From Candidatus Poribacteria bacterium (GTDB taxonomy: Bacteria; Poribacteria; WGA-4E; UBA9662): a stretch of DNA of 64,000 bases. The position numbers and the translations under genes are program-made. How positions within the stretch are numbered: the stretch's first letter is position 1; the number at the start of each line of letters is the position of its first letter. Location: the NCBI GenBank assembly GCA_036339735.1, contig JAYZAL010000036.1, positions 64,001-128,000 on the forward strand. The letters run 5' to 3'. Shown here piece by piece: positions 49,810 to 59,409 of this stretch. The notes under the pieces are model-generated. The model worked only from the letters and a program-made list of their open reading frames with translations. It did no database searches and was not told where the DNA came from.

Positions 49810-51696
49810 ATGTCGTCCCGTATTCGTTGGCTTACAGTCATTCTGATTGTTATTGCAGTACCAGTCAACTGCTGGTGGGTAACCGCTTCACTCGTTTATG
49901 GTGGATCTAGTCCCACACAGATTTCGCTTTATTTTAATGCTATATTCTCGCTGTTAGTCTTAATTACAATCAATGGCTTAGTCAATTGGTTCCGACCAGA
50001 CCAACGAATTTTTAATCGAGCTGAACTCCTAACGATTTACACCTGTATTTCAGTTAGTTCTGGTTTAGCTGGTGTCGACCGAATGATGGTTTTAGCCCCA
50101 TTAATTGGGCACGCTCATTGGTTTGCAAGTCCTGAAAACGACTGGGCTAGTTTGTTTCATCATTATATTCCCTCTTGGCTTTCGATTAGCAACAAACATA
50201 TTCTGGAAGGTTACTACAAAGGGTTCTCTGATTTTTACATCTGGCCTAATTTGGTGGCTTGGTTCCCAATAGTATTCTGGTGGAGTTTGTTTCTACTAGT
50301 ACTACATCTGGTTATGTTGTGTATCAATGTTATCCTTCGCAAGCAGTGGGTCGAATCGGAAAAACTCAGCTATCCTATCATACAATTGCCAATAGAAATG
50401 AGTAACCGTAGATTTTTCAAGTTGGGCTGGATGTGGATTGGTTTGGTTTTTGGTTTGACTATCAATTTGATTAATGGTCTTAATTTTTTGTTTCCTCATG
50501 TTCCAAGTTTAGGTGGTAAGCTTTATGATTTGGGACAGGTGTTTACAGAAAGACCCTGGAATGCTATTGGTTGGAGTCCAATTGCAGTGTTTCCTTTTGG
50601 TGTGGGGTTATCATTTTTTATTCCTCTGGATTTGTCATTTTCATGTTGGGTTTTTTGGCTGATTTGGCGACTCGAGCGTGTTACAGGAGCGATGATGGGC
50701 TGGAAGAGTCTACCTCGTTTCCCATATGAACCTGAACAGTCACACGGAGCATATATCGGTTTGTGTGTTTTTGCCATCTGGATGAGCAGACACCATTTGA
50801 AAAGAGTCCTTCTGTCCTGCTTTAAACCAGATAATGTTTTAGTGAGGCACCAAAACATACCAGTCAACTCATATAAAATAGCTCTCAGTGGATTAATATT
50901 TGGTGGCGTTTTCATTGTCATATTTTGTCTAAAAATGCAGATGTCGATTGGTATTATCCTCTTTTTCTTTGCCATTTGGTTTTCTATTGGAGTTGCCATT
51001 ACCCGACTGAGGGCAGAATTAGGTTCTCCTGTTCATGATTTACATTTTATTGGTCCAGACGAAATTTTGCCTAGTCTGATTGGGACTCGTCGCATTGGAG
51101 CCAGTAATTTAGTGAGTTTTTCATACCTATACGTTTTGAACCGAGCACACCGTTCTCATGCCATGCCACATCAATTGGAGGGGTTCAAAATCGCCGAGAT
51201 TGTACGTACTCCCCTAATCCATTTAGTAATATTAATGTCCTTAGCTTCGTTACTAGGTGTAGTAGCTTCTTTTGTGTTTTTTCTTACTTCTTCTTATAAA
51301 ATTGGAGCTAAGATTTGGTTTGCTAACGAATCTTTCCGAAGATTGGAAGGATGGCTAACGACTATGCCTTCGGCCGACTTTCCTGCTATTGTCTTCGTCT
51401 CTTTTGGTTTTATTGGAACAATTTTATTGTCACTACTAAGAATGAGATTTTTATGGTGGAATTTACATCCTGTCGGATACGCTATATCCGGTAGTTGGGC
51501 AATAAATCCAATGATCGGGTCTATTTTCGTAGGTTGGTTATTCAAATGGATTGTATTGAAGTATGGAGGAAAACGCTGGCATTCTGCAGCCGTTCCTCTT
51601 TTTCTAGGTGTTATCTTAGGTGAATTTTTAGGTGGTACTCTATGGAGTATATTAGGAATTGCTAAACAAAAGCCAATGTACCGATTCCAATTCTAA
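49810..51696 (+). CDS. Polytopic membrane protein, DUF6785/DUF6784-like (putative transporter)
   Basis: RKQWVESEKLSYPI, PLDLSFSCW, TRLRAELG, LHPVGYA, PLFLGVILGE; many TMs. Confidence 0.7.
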   Translation: MSSRIRWLTVILIVIAVPVNCWWVTASLVYGGSSPTQISLYFNAIFSLLVLITINGLVNWFRPDQRIFNRAELLTIYTCISVSSGLAGVDRMMVLAPLIGHAHWFASPENDWASLFHHYIPSWLSISNKHILEGYYKGFSDFYIWPNLVAWFPIVFWWSLFLLVLHLVMLCINVILRKQWVESEKLSYPIIQLPIEMSNRRFFKLGWMWIGLVFGLTINLINGLNFLFPHVPSLGGKLYDLGQVFTERPWNAIGWSPIAVFPFGVGLSFFIPLDLSFSCWVFWLIWRLERVTGAMMGWKSLPRFPYEPEQSHGAYIGLCVFAIWMSRHHLKRVLLSCFKPDNVLVRHQNIPVNSYKIALSGLIFGGVFIVIFCLKMQMSIGIILFFFAIWFSIGVAITRLRAELGSPVHDLHFIGPDEILPSLIGTRRIGASNLVSFSYLYVLNRAHRSHAMPHQLEGFKIAEIVRTPLIHLVILMSLASLLGVVASFVFFLTSSYKIGAKIWFANESFRRLEGWLTTMPSADFPAIVFVSFGFIGTILLSLLRMRFLWWNLHPVGYAISGSWAINPMIGSIFVGWLFKWIVLKYGGKRWHSAAVPLFLGVILGEFLGGTLWSILGIAKQKPMYRFQF

Positions 51697-51697
51697 T

Positions 51698-53353
51698 GTG
51701 AAATACCTTTTTCATGTAATGGCGATTTCTGGTTTATTAATATGCTTTATTAGTACTGGCCTATGCGAAATAGAAAAATCAACGGTCATTTTTACTGATG
51801 TCACCCAAACAGCAGGTTTGGAGTTCAAACATCATAATGCCAAGAGTACAAATAGGCATATTTTTGAAACGATGGGATCTGGTGCTTGTTTTCTAGACTA
51901 CAATAATGATGGGTTTTTGGACATATACTTGATCCAAAGTGGTAAGCCAAATACTCTTGACCAAAATTTGGCCAATCAACTGTACCAAAATAATACTGAT
52001 GGAACATTTACTAATGTTACGAGTCAATCAGGCATTGGAGACAGAAGTTGTGGAATGGGAGTGGCCGTAGGAGACTTTGATAATGATGGGTGGAGTGATA
52101 TTTATGTTTCAAACTTCGGAGCTAATATACTATACCGAAATCAAGGGGATGGGACTTTTAAAGATGTAACTAAATCTGCACAAGTTGGCAATAATGATTG
52201 GAGTTGTAGTTGTGCTTTTTTTGATTACGACTTAGATGGTGATCTTGATCTATACGTGGTTAATTACATTATCTATGACACATCATTGGAAACGTGTACT
52301 AATCGTAAAACAGGTGAAATCGAATATTGCCACCCTCGTAATTTTCGGCCGGCCAAAGACATACTTTATAGAAATAATGGAGACAGCACCTTTACCGACG
52401 TCAGTAAAGCTGCTGGCGCTTATGCTTCAATACCTTGCCGAGGTTTAGGAATAGCAGTTGCCGATATTGATCATAACGGTTATCCTGATCTTTACATAGC
52501 TAATGATACAGACCAAAATTTTTTATATCTCAATCGAAAAGGCGAATTTCGCGATATTGCCTTCGTATCTGGAACGGCTCTAAATAAAGAGGGAGTACGT
52601 GAAGGAGGAATGGGAGTCGACATTGCTGATTATAATGGAGATGGGTGGCCTGATATATTTGTAACCAACACTGAGACGAATACCCTGTACCGTAGCCATG
52701 GAGATGGTACGTTTACTGATGTCAGCGATGACAGTGGTTTGGGTGGTATTACAGCTGACTTAGTCGGTTTTGGCACGCAATTCCTGGATTATGACAATGA
52801 CGGTGATCTAGACATTTTTGTTGCCAATGGTGAAGTGCAAGACAAAATAGATCGCGAGTCTGGTCGATCAATCTATCCACAAAGAGACCAGCTTTATCGA
52901 AAAAATGCAGATAACACCTATACAGAGGTTTCAACTGGTTCTGGAGATTACTTTTCACGTCAGTATGTTGGTCGAGGTGTAGCATTTGGTGATTACGATA
53001 ATGATGGGGACACAGACCTTCTGGTAACAAATTGCAATCAAAAACCGGTTTTGCTAAGAAATGATGGTGGTAACCGAAAGAACTGGTTGTCGATCAAACT
53101 AGTTGGTCAAAAAAGTAACCGATCTGCTATTGGAGCACGTGTTCTGTTGACGTGCAAAAATCGTGTTCAGTTGGCTGAGGTAAGAAGTACGGCCAGCTAC
53201 TTATCATCTCATGACCGACGAATCATATTCGGTTTAGACCAAAATTATCGCGTTCACAAACTCGACATTTTTTGGCCTAGTGGTATTCAACAAACAAGAC
53301 GGAACCTGTCGGTTAATCAATTACTCAAAATTGTGGAACCTCTGGAGGAGTGA
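51698..53353 (+). CDS. CRTAC1-family protein (FG-GAP repeats plus ASPIC/UnbV domain)
   Basis: Repeated DxDNDGxxD loops; C-terminal NRSAIGARV...SYLSSHD...FGL...WPSG; start uncertain (51698 or 51719). Confidence 0.9.
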   Translation: MKYLFHVMAISGLLICFISTGLCEIEKSTVIFTDVTQTAGLEFKHHNAKSTNRHIFETMGSGACFLDYNNDGFLDIYLIQSGKPNTLDQNLANQLYQNNTDGTFTNVTSQSGIGDRSCGMGVAVGDFDNDGWSDIYVSNFGANILYRNQGDGTFKDVTKSAQVGNNDWSCSCAFFDYDLDGDLDLYVVNYIIYDTSLETCTNRKTGEIEYCHPRNFRPAKDILYRNNGDSTFTDVSKAAGAYASIPCRGLGIAVADIDHNGYPDLYIANDTDQNFLYLNRKGEFRDIAFVSGTALNKEGVREGGMGVDIADYNGDGWPDIFVTNTETNTLYRSHGDGTFTDVSDDSGLGGITADLVGFGTQFLDYDNDGDLDIFVANGEVQDKIDRESGRSIYPQRDQLYRKNADNTYTEVSTGSGDYFSRQYVGRGVAFGDYDNDGDTDLLVTNCNQKPVLLRNDGGNRKNWLSIKLVGQKSNRSAIGARVLLTCKNRVQLAEVRSTASYLSSHDRRIIFGLDQNYRVHKLDIFWPSGIQQTRRNLSVNQLLKIVEPLEE

Positions 53354-53354
53354 G

Positions 53355-54452
53355 ATGGTCGATGTCAGAAAAGTAGTGTGTTTTCTATTGTTTTTTCAGC
53401 TCTTACCAGTTATCGCAACCCAGTCAACAGTTGAACAAGTCAACCTTCTAATTAAACAATTATCGAGTAAAAAACCTTCAATCCGTAGTCAAGCAGCCAA
53501 ACAACTGGCCGAATTTGGTTCGCAAGCTCAACCTGCAGTATACCCATTGATTGAAGCCTTACAAGATTCATCAATTATCGTACGACGAAATGTCGCCTTG
53601 GCATTGGGAAAAATTGGTATCGGAGCTGGTGAATCAATACCTACGTTGGTGCAACTTTTGGATGACCGAGACTGGACGGTTAGAGCAAACGTGGCTTTTG
53701 CTCTGGGCAATATGGGTGAGGCTTCGGTGTCAGCTATACCTAAATTAATTCAACTAATTGAAGATGTTAATTGGGAAGTTTGCGCTAATGCTATAAAATC
53801 ACTAGGCCAAATAGGTCCAATCGCTCATTCGGCTGTTCCAGTCTTAAGAACTTCTTTACGTAGTGAAAATGAAATAGTACGTAACAATTCGATTCTGGCC
53901 TTGGCTGAAATTGGCTTAGCTTCTGTACCTGTTCTAATAGAGGCATTAAGTGATAAAGACAGATTAGTACGTCGTGCTGCAGCATTTTCTTTGAGTCGTA
54001 TTAGTCAACTCCCACCAACTGCTATCGAAGCTTTAAAAGAAAAACTGAGAGACCCGGAGGATAGTGTCAAGTTATCAGTAGCTGTAGTTTTAGCTGTGAT
54101 TGATCCTATTAACCAAGAATTAACACTTCCTATTATTGAAAAATCCTGTTTCAGCAAAGATAAATTCACTAGCGATTTTGCCATATATAGTCTAAAACGA
54201 ATACAGCAACAAAACCATCTGATTGAAGAGCAAGTTGATATGTTGATCCAAAAATTACAACACCAACAAGCATCTCAACGTTATAAGGCTGTTATCACCC
54301 TAATACAAATGGGGCCAAAAATTGGGGTCGAGACTGATCGTGTAGTAAACATACTATCCACTAAAATTGATGATGAAGACCAAAAGGTACGTACAGCAAT
54401 CATAACAGCATTAGAAATTTTAGGTTCAGGATTCCAAGCGCCAGATAAATAA
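53355..54452 (+). CDS. Secreted HEAT-repeat protein
   Basis: Signal peptide and repeats of the form LI.AL.D....VR..A..ALG.IG; GGAGGAG SD before ATG 53355. Confidence 0.88.
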   Translation: MVDVRKVVCFLLFFQLLPVIATQSTVEQVNLLIKQLSSKKPSIRSQAAKQLAEFGSQAQPAVYPLIEALQDSSIIVRRNVALALGKIGIGAGESIPTLVQLLDDRDWTVRANVAFALGNMGEASVSAIPKLIQLIEDVNWEVCANAIKSLGQIGPIAHSAVPVLRTSLRSENEIVRNNSILALAEIGLASVPVLIEALSDKDRLVRRAAAFSLSRISQLPPTAIEALKEKLRDPEDSVKLSVAVVLAVIDPINQELTLPIIEKSCFSKDKFTSDFAIYSLKRIQQQNHLIEEQVDMLIQKLQHQQASQRYKAVITLIQMGPKIGVETDRVVNILSTKIDDEDQKVRTAIITALEILGSGFQAPDK

Positions 54453-54485
54453 AACAGATTTGTGCCCAATTTTCCGCCTTCGACC

Positions 54486-54502
54486 TGCTTAAAATTAAGG
54501 CA
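54486..54502. promoter_or_regulatory. Candidate NtrC-type enhancer site
   Basis: TGCTTAAAATTAAGGCA is a 17-bp TGC-N11-GCA quasi-palindrome with AT-rich core; weaker site TGCCCAATTTTCCGCCT at 54463-54479. Confidence 0.6.
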
Positions 54503-54561
54503 GCTTGAATGGTTTTAACCCAAACTCCTGATTCCAATCAGGAGTCTAACACAATTTGATA

Positions 54562-54578
54562 TTGGCATTTGTCTTGCT
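54562..54578 (+). promoter_or_regulatory. Sigma-54 (-24/-12) promoter of the urtA operon
   Basis: TTGGCATTTGTCTTGCT: GG at 54564-65, exactly 10 nt, GC at 54576-77, about 75 nt before the urtA ATG. Confidence 0.8.
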
Positions 54579-54650
54579 CCTTCGAACCTTGCAGAATTGG
54601 TTTTCTGTGAGATTGACCGAACTATATTTGATTTGAAGGAGCATGTATCA

Positions 54651-56018
54651 ATGATTTCGTTCTTACAAAGAATAGCTAATTTACGAATACTTCCCTTAAC
54701 ACTCTTCTTATTTTTCATGGTGTTTTTTTCATCCACCTTGTCAGTTTCTTATGCCGGTGGGCATGAATCAGTTAAAGTTGGTGTTCTCCATTCGCTAAGC
54801 GGAACCATGGCAATTTCTGAGACCTCTCTCAAGGACGTCGTACTGATGGCAGTAGAAGAGATTAACGAAGCAGGTGGAGTCTTAGGGAAAAAAATAGAAC
54901 CTGTCGTCGTAGATCCAGCTTCTGACTGGCCCTTATTTGCTGAAAAGGCCAAGCAATTGTTAACCGAGGATAAGGTGGCCGTAACTTTTGGCTGCTGGAC
55001 TTCTGTTAGCCGAAAGTCTTGTTTGCCTGTCTTTGAAGAGCATAATGGTTTGTTATTTTACCCAGTTCAATACGAAGGTGAAGAGCAATCTTTGAATGTT
55101 TTTTATACTGCAGCTTCACCTAATCAGCAACTTGTTCCAGCTGCTGAATACATGATCAAAGAAATGGAAATGGAAAAATTCTATCTCCTTGGTACTGATT
55201 ACGTATTTCCGCGAACCGCTAATAAAGTACTGAAGGCTTATCTAAAAGCACAAGGTGTACCTGATGAAAATATTCGTGAAGAGTACACACCATTCCACCA
55301 TCAAGACTATCAAACCATCGTATCCAAAGTTAAAGAGTTCGCTGCAGATGGAAACGCCTGCATTTTGTCGACCATCAATGGTGATAGTAATGTTCCTTTC
55401 TACAAAGAATTTGCAAATCAAGGCTTAACCTCAGACGATTGTCCAATCATGGCTTTCTCGGTAGCTGAAGACGAACTACGGGCAATGGATGTTCCTCCTC
55501 TCGTCGGTCACTTGGCTGCGTGGAATTACTTCCAGAGTATCGATACCCCTGAAAACAAAGCCTTTGTTGATGATTTCAAATCCTATTGTGAAAAAACAGG
55601 TTTGCCTGGGGGAAAAAGTCGTGTCACCGACGACCCAATAGAAGCTGCATATTTCGGCGTTTATGTGTGGAAAGCCGCGGTCGAAAAAGCTGGATCCTTC
55701 GAAGTTGATAAAGTTCGGAATGCTGTTTATGGTTTAGAGTTCGATGCTCCGGGTGGCAAAAAGAAAATGCATGAATCGAATCAGCACACTTTAAAGCCAG
55801 TATATATTGGTGAAATTTTGACCGATGGACAGTTTGATATCGTAGCTGAATTTAATGACGGTGATTTGGTGGTTCCAGACTCCTACAGTAGTTATCTCTG
55901 GCCAGACGGTAATTACCCAAAGCCAACCCCGGAAGCAAAATACAAAGAGCTTCAATCTACATGTTGTAATTGGCCAACCTGCTGCAAAAGTGGCAAGCAT
56001 GACCATGACCACCATTAA
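54651..56018 (+). CDS. urtA: Urea ABC transporter substrate-binding protein
   Basis: [71 protein letters not shown] before ATG 54651. Confidence 0.96.
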   Translation: MISFLQRIANLRILPLTLFLFFMVFFSSTLSVSYAGGHESVKVGVLHSLSGTMAISETSLKDVVLMAVEEINEAGGVLGKKIEPVVVDPASDWPLFAEKAKQLLTEDKVAVTFGCWTSVSRKSCLPVFEEHNGLLFYPVQYEGEEQSLNVFYTAASPNQQLVPAAEYMIKEMEMEKFYLLGTDYVFPRTANKVLKAYLKAQGVPDENIREEYTPFHHQDYQTIVSKVKEFAADGNACILSTINGDSNVPFYKEFANQGLTSDDCPIMAFSVAEDELRAMDVPPLVGHLAAWNYFQSIDTPENKAFVDDFKSYCEKTGLPGGKSRVTDDPIEAAYFGVYVWKAAVEKAGSFEVDKVRNAVYGLEFDAPGGKKKMHESNQHTLKPVYIGEILTDGQFDIVAEFNDGDLVVPDSYSSYLWPDGNYPKPTPEAKYKELQSTCCNWPTCCKSGKHDHDHH

Positions 56019-56090
56019 ACTTTAGAAAATATATGTGATAGAGGGGTAGATAAAGAAATACTCTCCCTCTATTCATTTTGTTTTGACGAG

Positions 56091-56122
56091 GTTACGATAC
56101 CTAGCCGATTGGGTATCGTAAC
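56091..56122 (+). terminator. Terminator or stabilising hairpin after urtA
   Basis: GTTACGATACC-N10-GGTATCGTAAC perfect 11-bp stem followed by T-rich sequence; a second hairpin TAGAGGG...CCCTCTA at 56039-56071. Confidence 0.75.
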
Positions 56123-56235
56123 TTTCTGCGTTTTGTTTTCCTTTCTTCTAATGTAGTCCAGGGAGAGGTCCTACATTATGACTATTAACCTTTATTTTAT
56201 TTGTGATTTTTTCACTGTCCCTAGGAGTAACAAAA

Positions 56236-57576
56236 ATGAAAAATCTAAGAATAACCAGTATTAATTTGCTAGTTATCTGTCTGATCTTTTTCTCGACAGT
56301 TTCATTATCGTTTGCCGAAGAATCGAAATTAGATTCAGGCGACACTGCATGGATGTTGGTGTCAGTTGCTTTAGTTTTATTCATGACAATACCTGGGTTA
56401 GCACTATTCTATGGTGGATTAGTCCGGAGTAAAAACGTTTTGTCCGTTTTGATGCAATGTTTTGCTTTAACCGCCTTAATCACAATATTATGGGTTTTCT
56501 TCGGATATAGTCTGGCATTCGACACGACCGGTATGGTCGCAGGAACAACCAATCTTAATTCCTTCGTTGGTGGTCTTAGCAAGGCTTTTTTGAAAGGAAT
56601 TGACTCGGAGACCTTGAGTGGATCCATCCCAGAAATAGTGTTTGTAATGTTTCAACTCACTTTTGCTATTATTACCCCGGCATTGATTGCAGGTGCTTTT
56701 GCAGAGAGAATGAAATTTTCGGCTATGTTACTCTTTTCAGCCATTTGGTCATTAATTGTTTACGCACCTCTGTGTCATATGGCTTGGTCCGGGGAAGGAT
56801 CATTTTTCTATGGCATTTTAGGAGCACATGATTTCGCAGGTGGAACGGTCGTCCACGTCAATGCTGGAATTGCCGCATTGGTTGCAACCCTTCTCGTTGG
56901 TAACAGACATGGGTATCCTAAAACACATATGCCACCACATAGCTTAACCTTGACAGTGGTAGGGGCGTCGATGTTGTGGGTCGGGTGGTTCGGTTTTAAT
57001 GCTGGTAGTGCTTTGGCCGCCGATGGTGCCGCTGGTATGGCCATGCTGGTAACACAAATTTCAACAGCTACTGCAGCTCTAACTTGGATTACTATCGAAT
57101 GGGTTAAGCATGGGAAACCGAGTGTCTTGGGTATCGTAACAGGCGCAGTTGCAGGGTTAGTTGCAATCACTCCAGCTTCTGGATTTGTCGGCCCGATGGC
57201 GGCGGTTGCAATTGGCTTAGTTTCAGGTGTAGTCTGCTTTTGGGGCGCAACTAGCCTTAAACAGAGTCTTGGCTATGACGATTCTTTAGATGCTTTTGGT
57301 GTCCATGGCATCGGAGGTATAGTAGGCTGTCTTTTGACCGGAATTTTTGCCGCTCCAGAATTGGGTGGTACAGGCTTTGGTGAAGGAATTGATACGATTG
57401 GTCAACAGGTTTGGGCTCAATTCCTGAGTCTAGTAGTGACTGTTGTCTTTTCAGGTGTCCTTTCCTTCATAATTCTGAAAATTGTTGATGCTATTGTTGG
57501 CCTTCGAGTAGAGGAAGACGAAGAACTAGAGGGGCTAGATCTAGCTCTTCATGGCGAACGTGGGTACGACCTGTAA
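56236..57576 (+). CDS. amtB: Ammonium transporter
   Basis: GDTAWML, PGLALFYGG, FQLTFAIIT, DFAGGTVVH, WFGFNAGS, DDSLDAFGVHG, GLDLALHGE; AGGAG SD. Confidence 0.97.
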   Translation: MKNLRITSINLLVICLIFFSTVSLSFAEESKLDSGDTAWMLVSVALVLFMTIPGLALFYGGLVRSKNVLSVLMQCFALTALITILWVFFGYSLAFDTTGMVAGTTNLNSFVGGLSKAFLKGIDSETLSGSIPEIVFVMFQLTFAIITPALIAGAFAERMKFSAMLLFSAIWSLIVYAPLCHMAWSGEGSFFYGILGAHDFAGGTVVHVNAGIAALVATLLVGNRHGYPKTHMPPHSLTLTVVGASMLWVGWFGFNAGSALAADGAAGMAMLVTQISTATAALTWITIEWVKHGKPSVLGIVTGAVAGLVAITPASGFVGPMAAVAIGLVSGVVCFWGATSLKQSLGYDDSLDAFGVHGIGGIVGCLLTGIFAAPELGGTGFGEGIDTIGQQVWAQFLSLVVTVVFSGVLSFIILKIVDAIVGLRVEEDEELEGLDLALHGERGYDL

Positions 57577-57582
57577 AACGTA

Positions 57583-57656
57583 AAAATGAGATTTGACTAC
57601 TAGAGAGATTATCATGTCATTCTCAGAATATTCCTTCTAGTAGTCAAATTCATTTT
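57583..57656 (+). terminator. Long stem-loop between amtB and urtB
   Basis: AAAATGA-G-ATTTGACTACTAGA ... TCTAGTAGTCAAAT-TCATTTT, 21-bp stem with one bulge. Confidence 0.65.
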
Positions 57657-57663
57657 GTCCTTT

Positions 57664-59409
57664 ATGATAATTCACAACAAACAACATCGTAGCCCCATTT
57701 ATCAGTTATGTATTGGACCTGCGCTTATCTTATTATTGCTTGTTTTCAATCAACAAATAAGTGCCGAATCCATTTCCTCGGATTTAAAGAATGTTTTACT
57801 TAAACTCGGTGATAAAAAAGCTATAGTTCGGAAATCAGCAATCATCGACCTAGCTTCCTACGATCATCTTGGTCTGACAGACCTAATGGAGGCTTTCAAA
57901 CGACGACAACTATATATTTGGACGAAGTCTGATACTAGTTCCCAGTTGGTTTTCTGCGATAGCATCGGAGGTGCTAGAGTTTATCCGAAAAATCCGTTAA
58001 CACAAGAAAGACTCAAAAATTCCGGTGGCCAAGAATTCCAAGTTTCACCAAACGTCTTGAGGCAAATTCGGCCGGCCCGGGCAGAGCGAGGATTAGCTGA
58101 GAACGTCAGGTCGCTTCTTAAATTGTCATCCCCTGACCAAGACAAGCAATTATCAGGTATTAAAAAATGTGGAGAAGCCAGAACAATTAAAGGACTAGGG
58201 CAATTAACTGACCTTGCCTTAACCAAATTAGACCAAATTTCTCACGGGAAATCTGTCAATCTGTCAAAAAAAGCCCGCCGACTGGCTCACGAAAGCGCCT
58301 TACTGATTCGAATTACTAAAACACCAGCTCGAACGGGGGCAGCCCATATTCAGCTGGTGGTGGACCTTGGTAAAACCAAGAGCCAACGCTCGTTGAAATT
58401 CTTGGAGAAGGCTTTAGCTACATTAGAACAAGACCCTGAATTAGATGAAGAAATTCGTCGTGTTTACCAAGCCGCAATAGCAAAAATTAATACCTACCAA
58501 AATTTTATTTCCTTGACTAGTAATTTATTCCAAGGCATTTCCTTGGGTTCAGTCTTGATTTTAATGGCTCTCGGTTTAGCGATAACCTTCGGCTTGATGG
58601 GGGTGATTAACATGGCACACGGTGAGTTGATGATGATTGGTGCTTATACTACTTATCTGACGCAACAGGTTTTTAGTCATTCTCCAGAAATGCCTAATGA
58701 CGTATATTTTATATTTGCACTACCTGCTTCGTTTTTAATGGCTGCTACTGTAGGTTTTTTAATGGAGTTTCTTGTTGTTCGACATTTGTATAAACGACCT
58801 CTGGAGTCATTATTAGCGACATGGGGAATTGGTCTAATTCTGATTCAACTAGTCCGATTGCGATTTGGAGATAATATTGGAGTTAACGCTCCTAGTTGGG
58901 GGCGCGGCGGTATTGAAATCGTACAAGACTTGATTTTCCCCTACGGTCGCTGTTTTATCATTGCTATCTGTATTTTTTCTGTTACAAGCATATACTATTT
59001 AATGCGTTCTACCCAAGTAGGCTTGATGATGAGAGCTACGATGCAAAATCGCGAAATGGCTAGTGGTCTAGGTGTAAATACAGATTTTGTTGACCGTTGT
59101 ACATTTGCTTTTGGGTCTGGTATTGCGGGTGTAGCTGGATATGCGTGGACTTTAATTGGTGGTGTAACACCAAACATGGGCCAAACTAATTTCATCGTAG
59201 ATTCATTTTTAGTTGTTGTAACTGGTGGTGTCGGTGAGATTATAGGCGTTATTTGTGCTGGGATTGGTATCGGAAGCTTAACCAAAACTATTGAGCCTAG
59301 TATTGGTACTATTTGGGCCAAGATTCTACTTTTGGTAGCGGTAGTTATTTTTATTCAGTTCAAACCATCCGGCTTATTCGCGCCCAAAGGACGATTGGCT
59401 GATGATTAA
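57664..59409 (+). CDS. urtB: Urea ABC transporter permease with large periplasmic N-terminal domain
   Basis: GLAITFGLMGVINMAHGE, RPLESLLATWG, VDSFLVVVTGG; start uncertain. Confidence 0.93.
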   Translation: MIIHNKQHRSPIYQLCIGPALILLLLVFNQQISAESISSDLKNVLLKLGDKKAIVRKSAIIDLASYDHLGLTDLMEAFKRRQLYIWTKSDTSSQLVFCDSIGGARVYPKNPLTQERLKNSGGQEFQVSPNVLRQIRPARAERGLAENVRSLLKLSSPDQDKQLSGIKKCGEARTIKGLGQLTDLALTKLDQISHGKSVNLSKKARRLAHESALLIRITKTPARTGAAHIQLVVDLGKTKSQRSLKFLEKALATLEQDPELDEEIRRVYQAAIAKINTYQNFISLTSNLFQGISLGSVLILMALGLAITFGLMGVINMAHGELMMIGAYTTYLTQQVFSHSPEMPNDVYFIFALPASFLMAATVGFLMEFLVVRHLYKRPLESLLATWGIGLILIQLVRLRFGDNIGVNAPSWGRGGIEIVQDLIFPYGRCFIIAICIFSVTSIYYLMRSTQVGLMMRATMQNREMASGLGVNTDFVDRCTFAFGSGIAGVAGYAWTLIGGVTPNMGQTNFIVDSFLVVVTGGVGEIIGVICAGIGIGSLTKTIEPSIGTIWAKILLLVAVVIFIQFKPSGLFAPKGRLADD

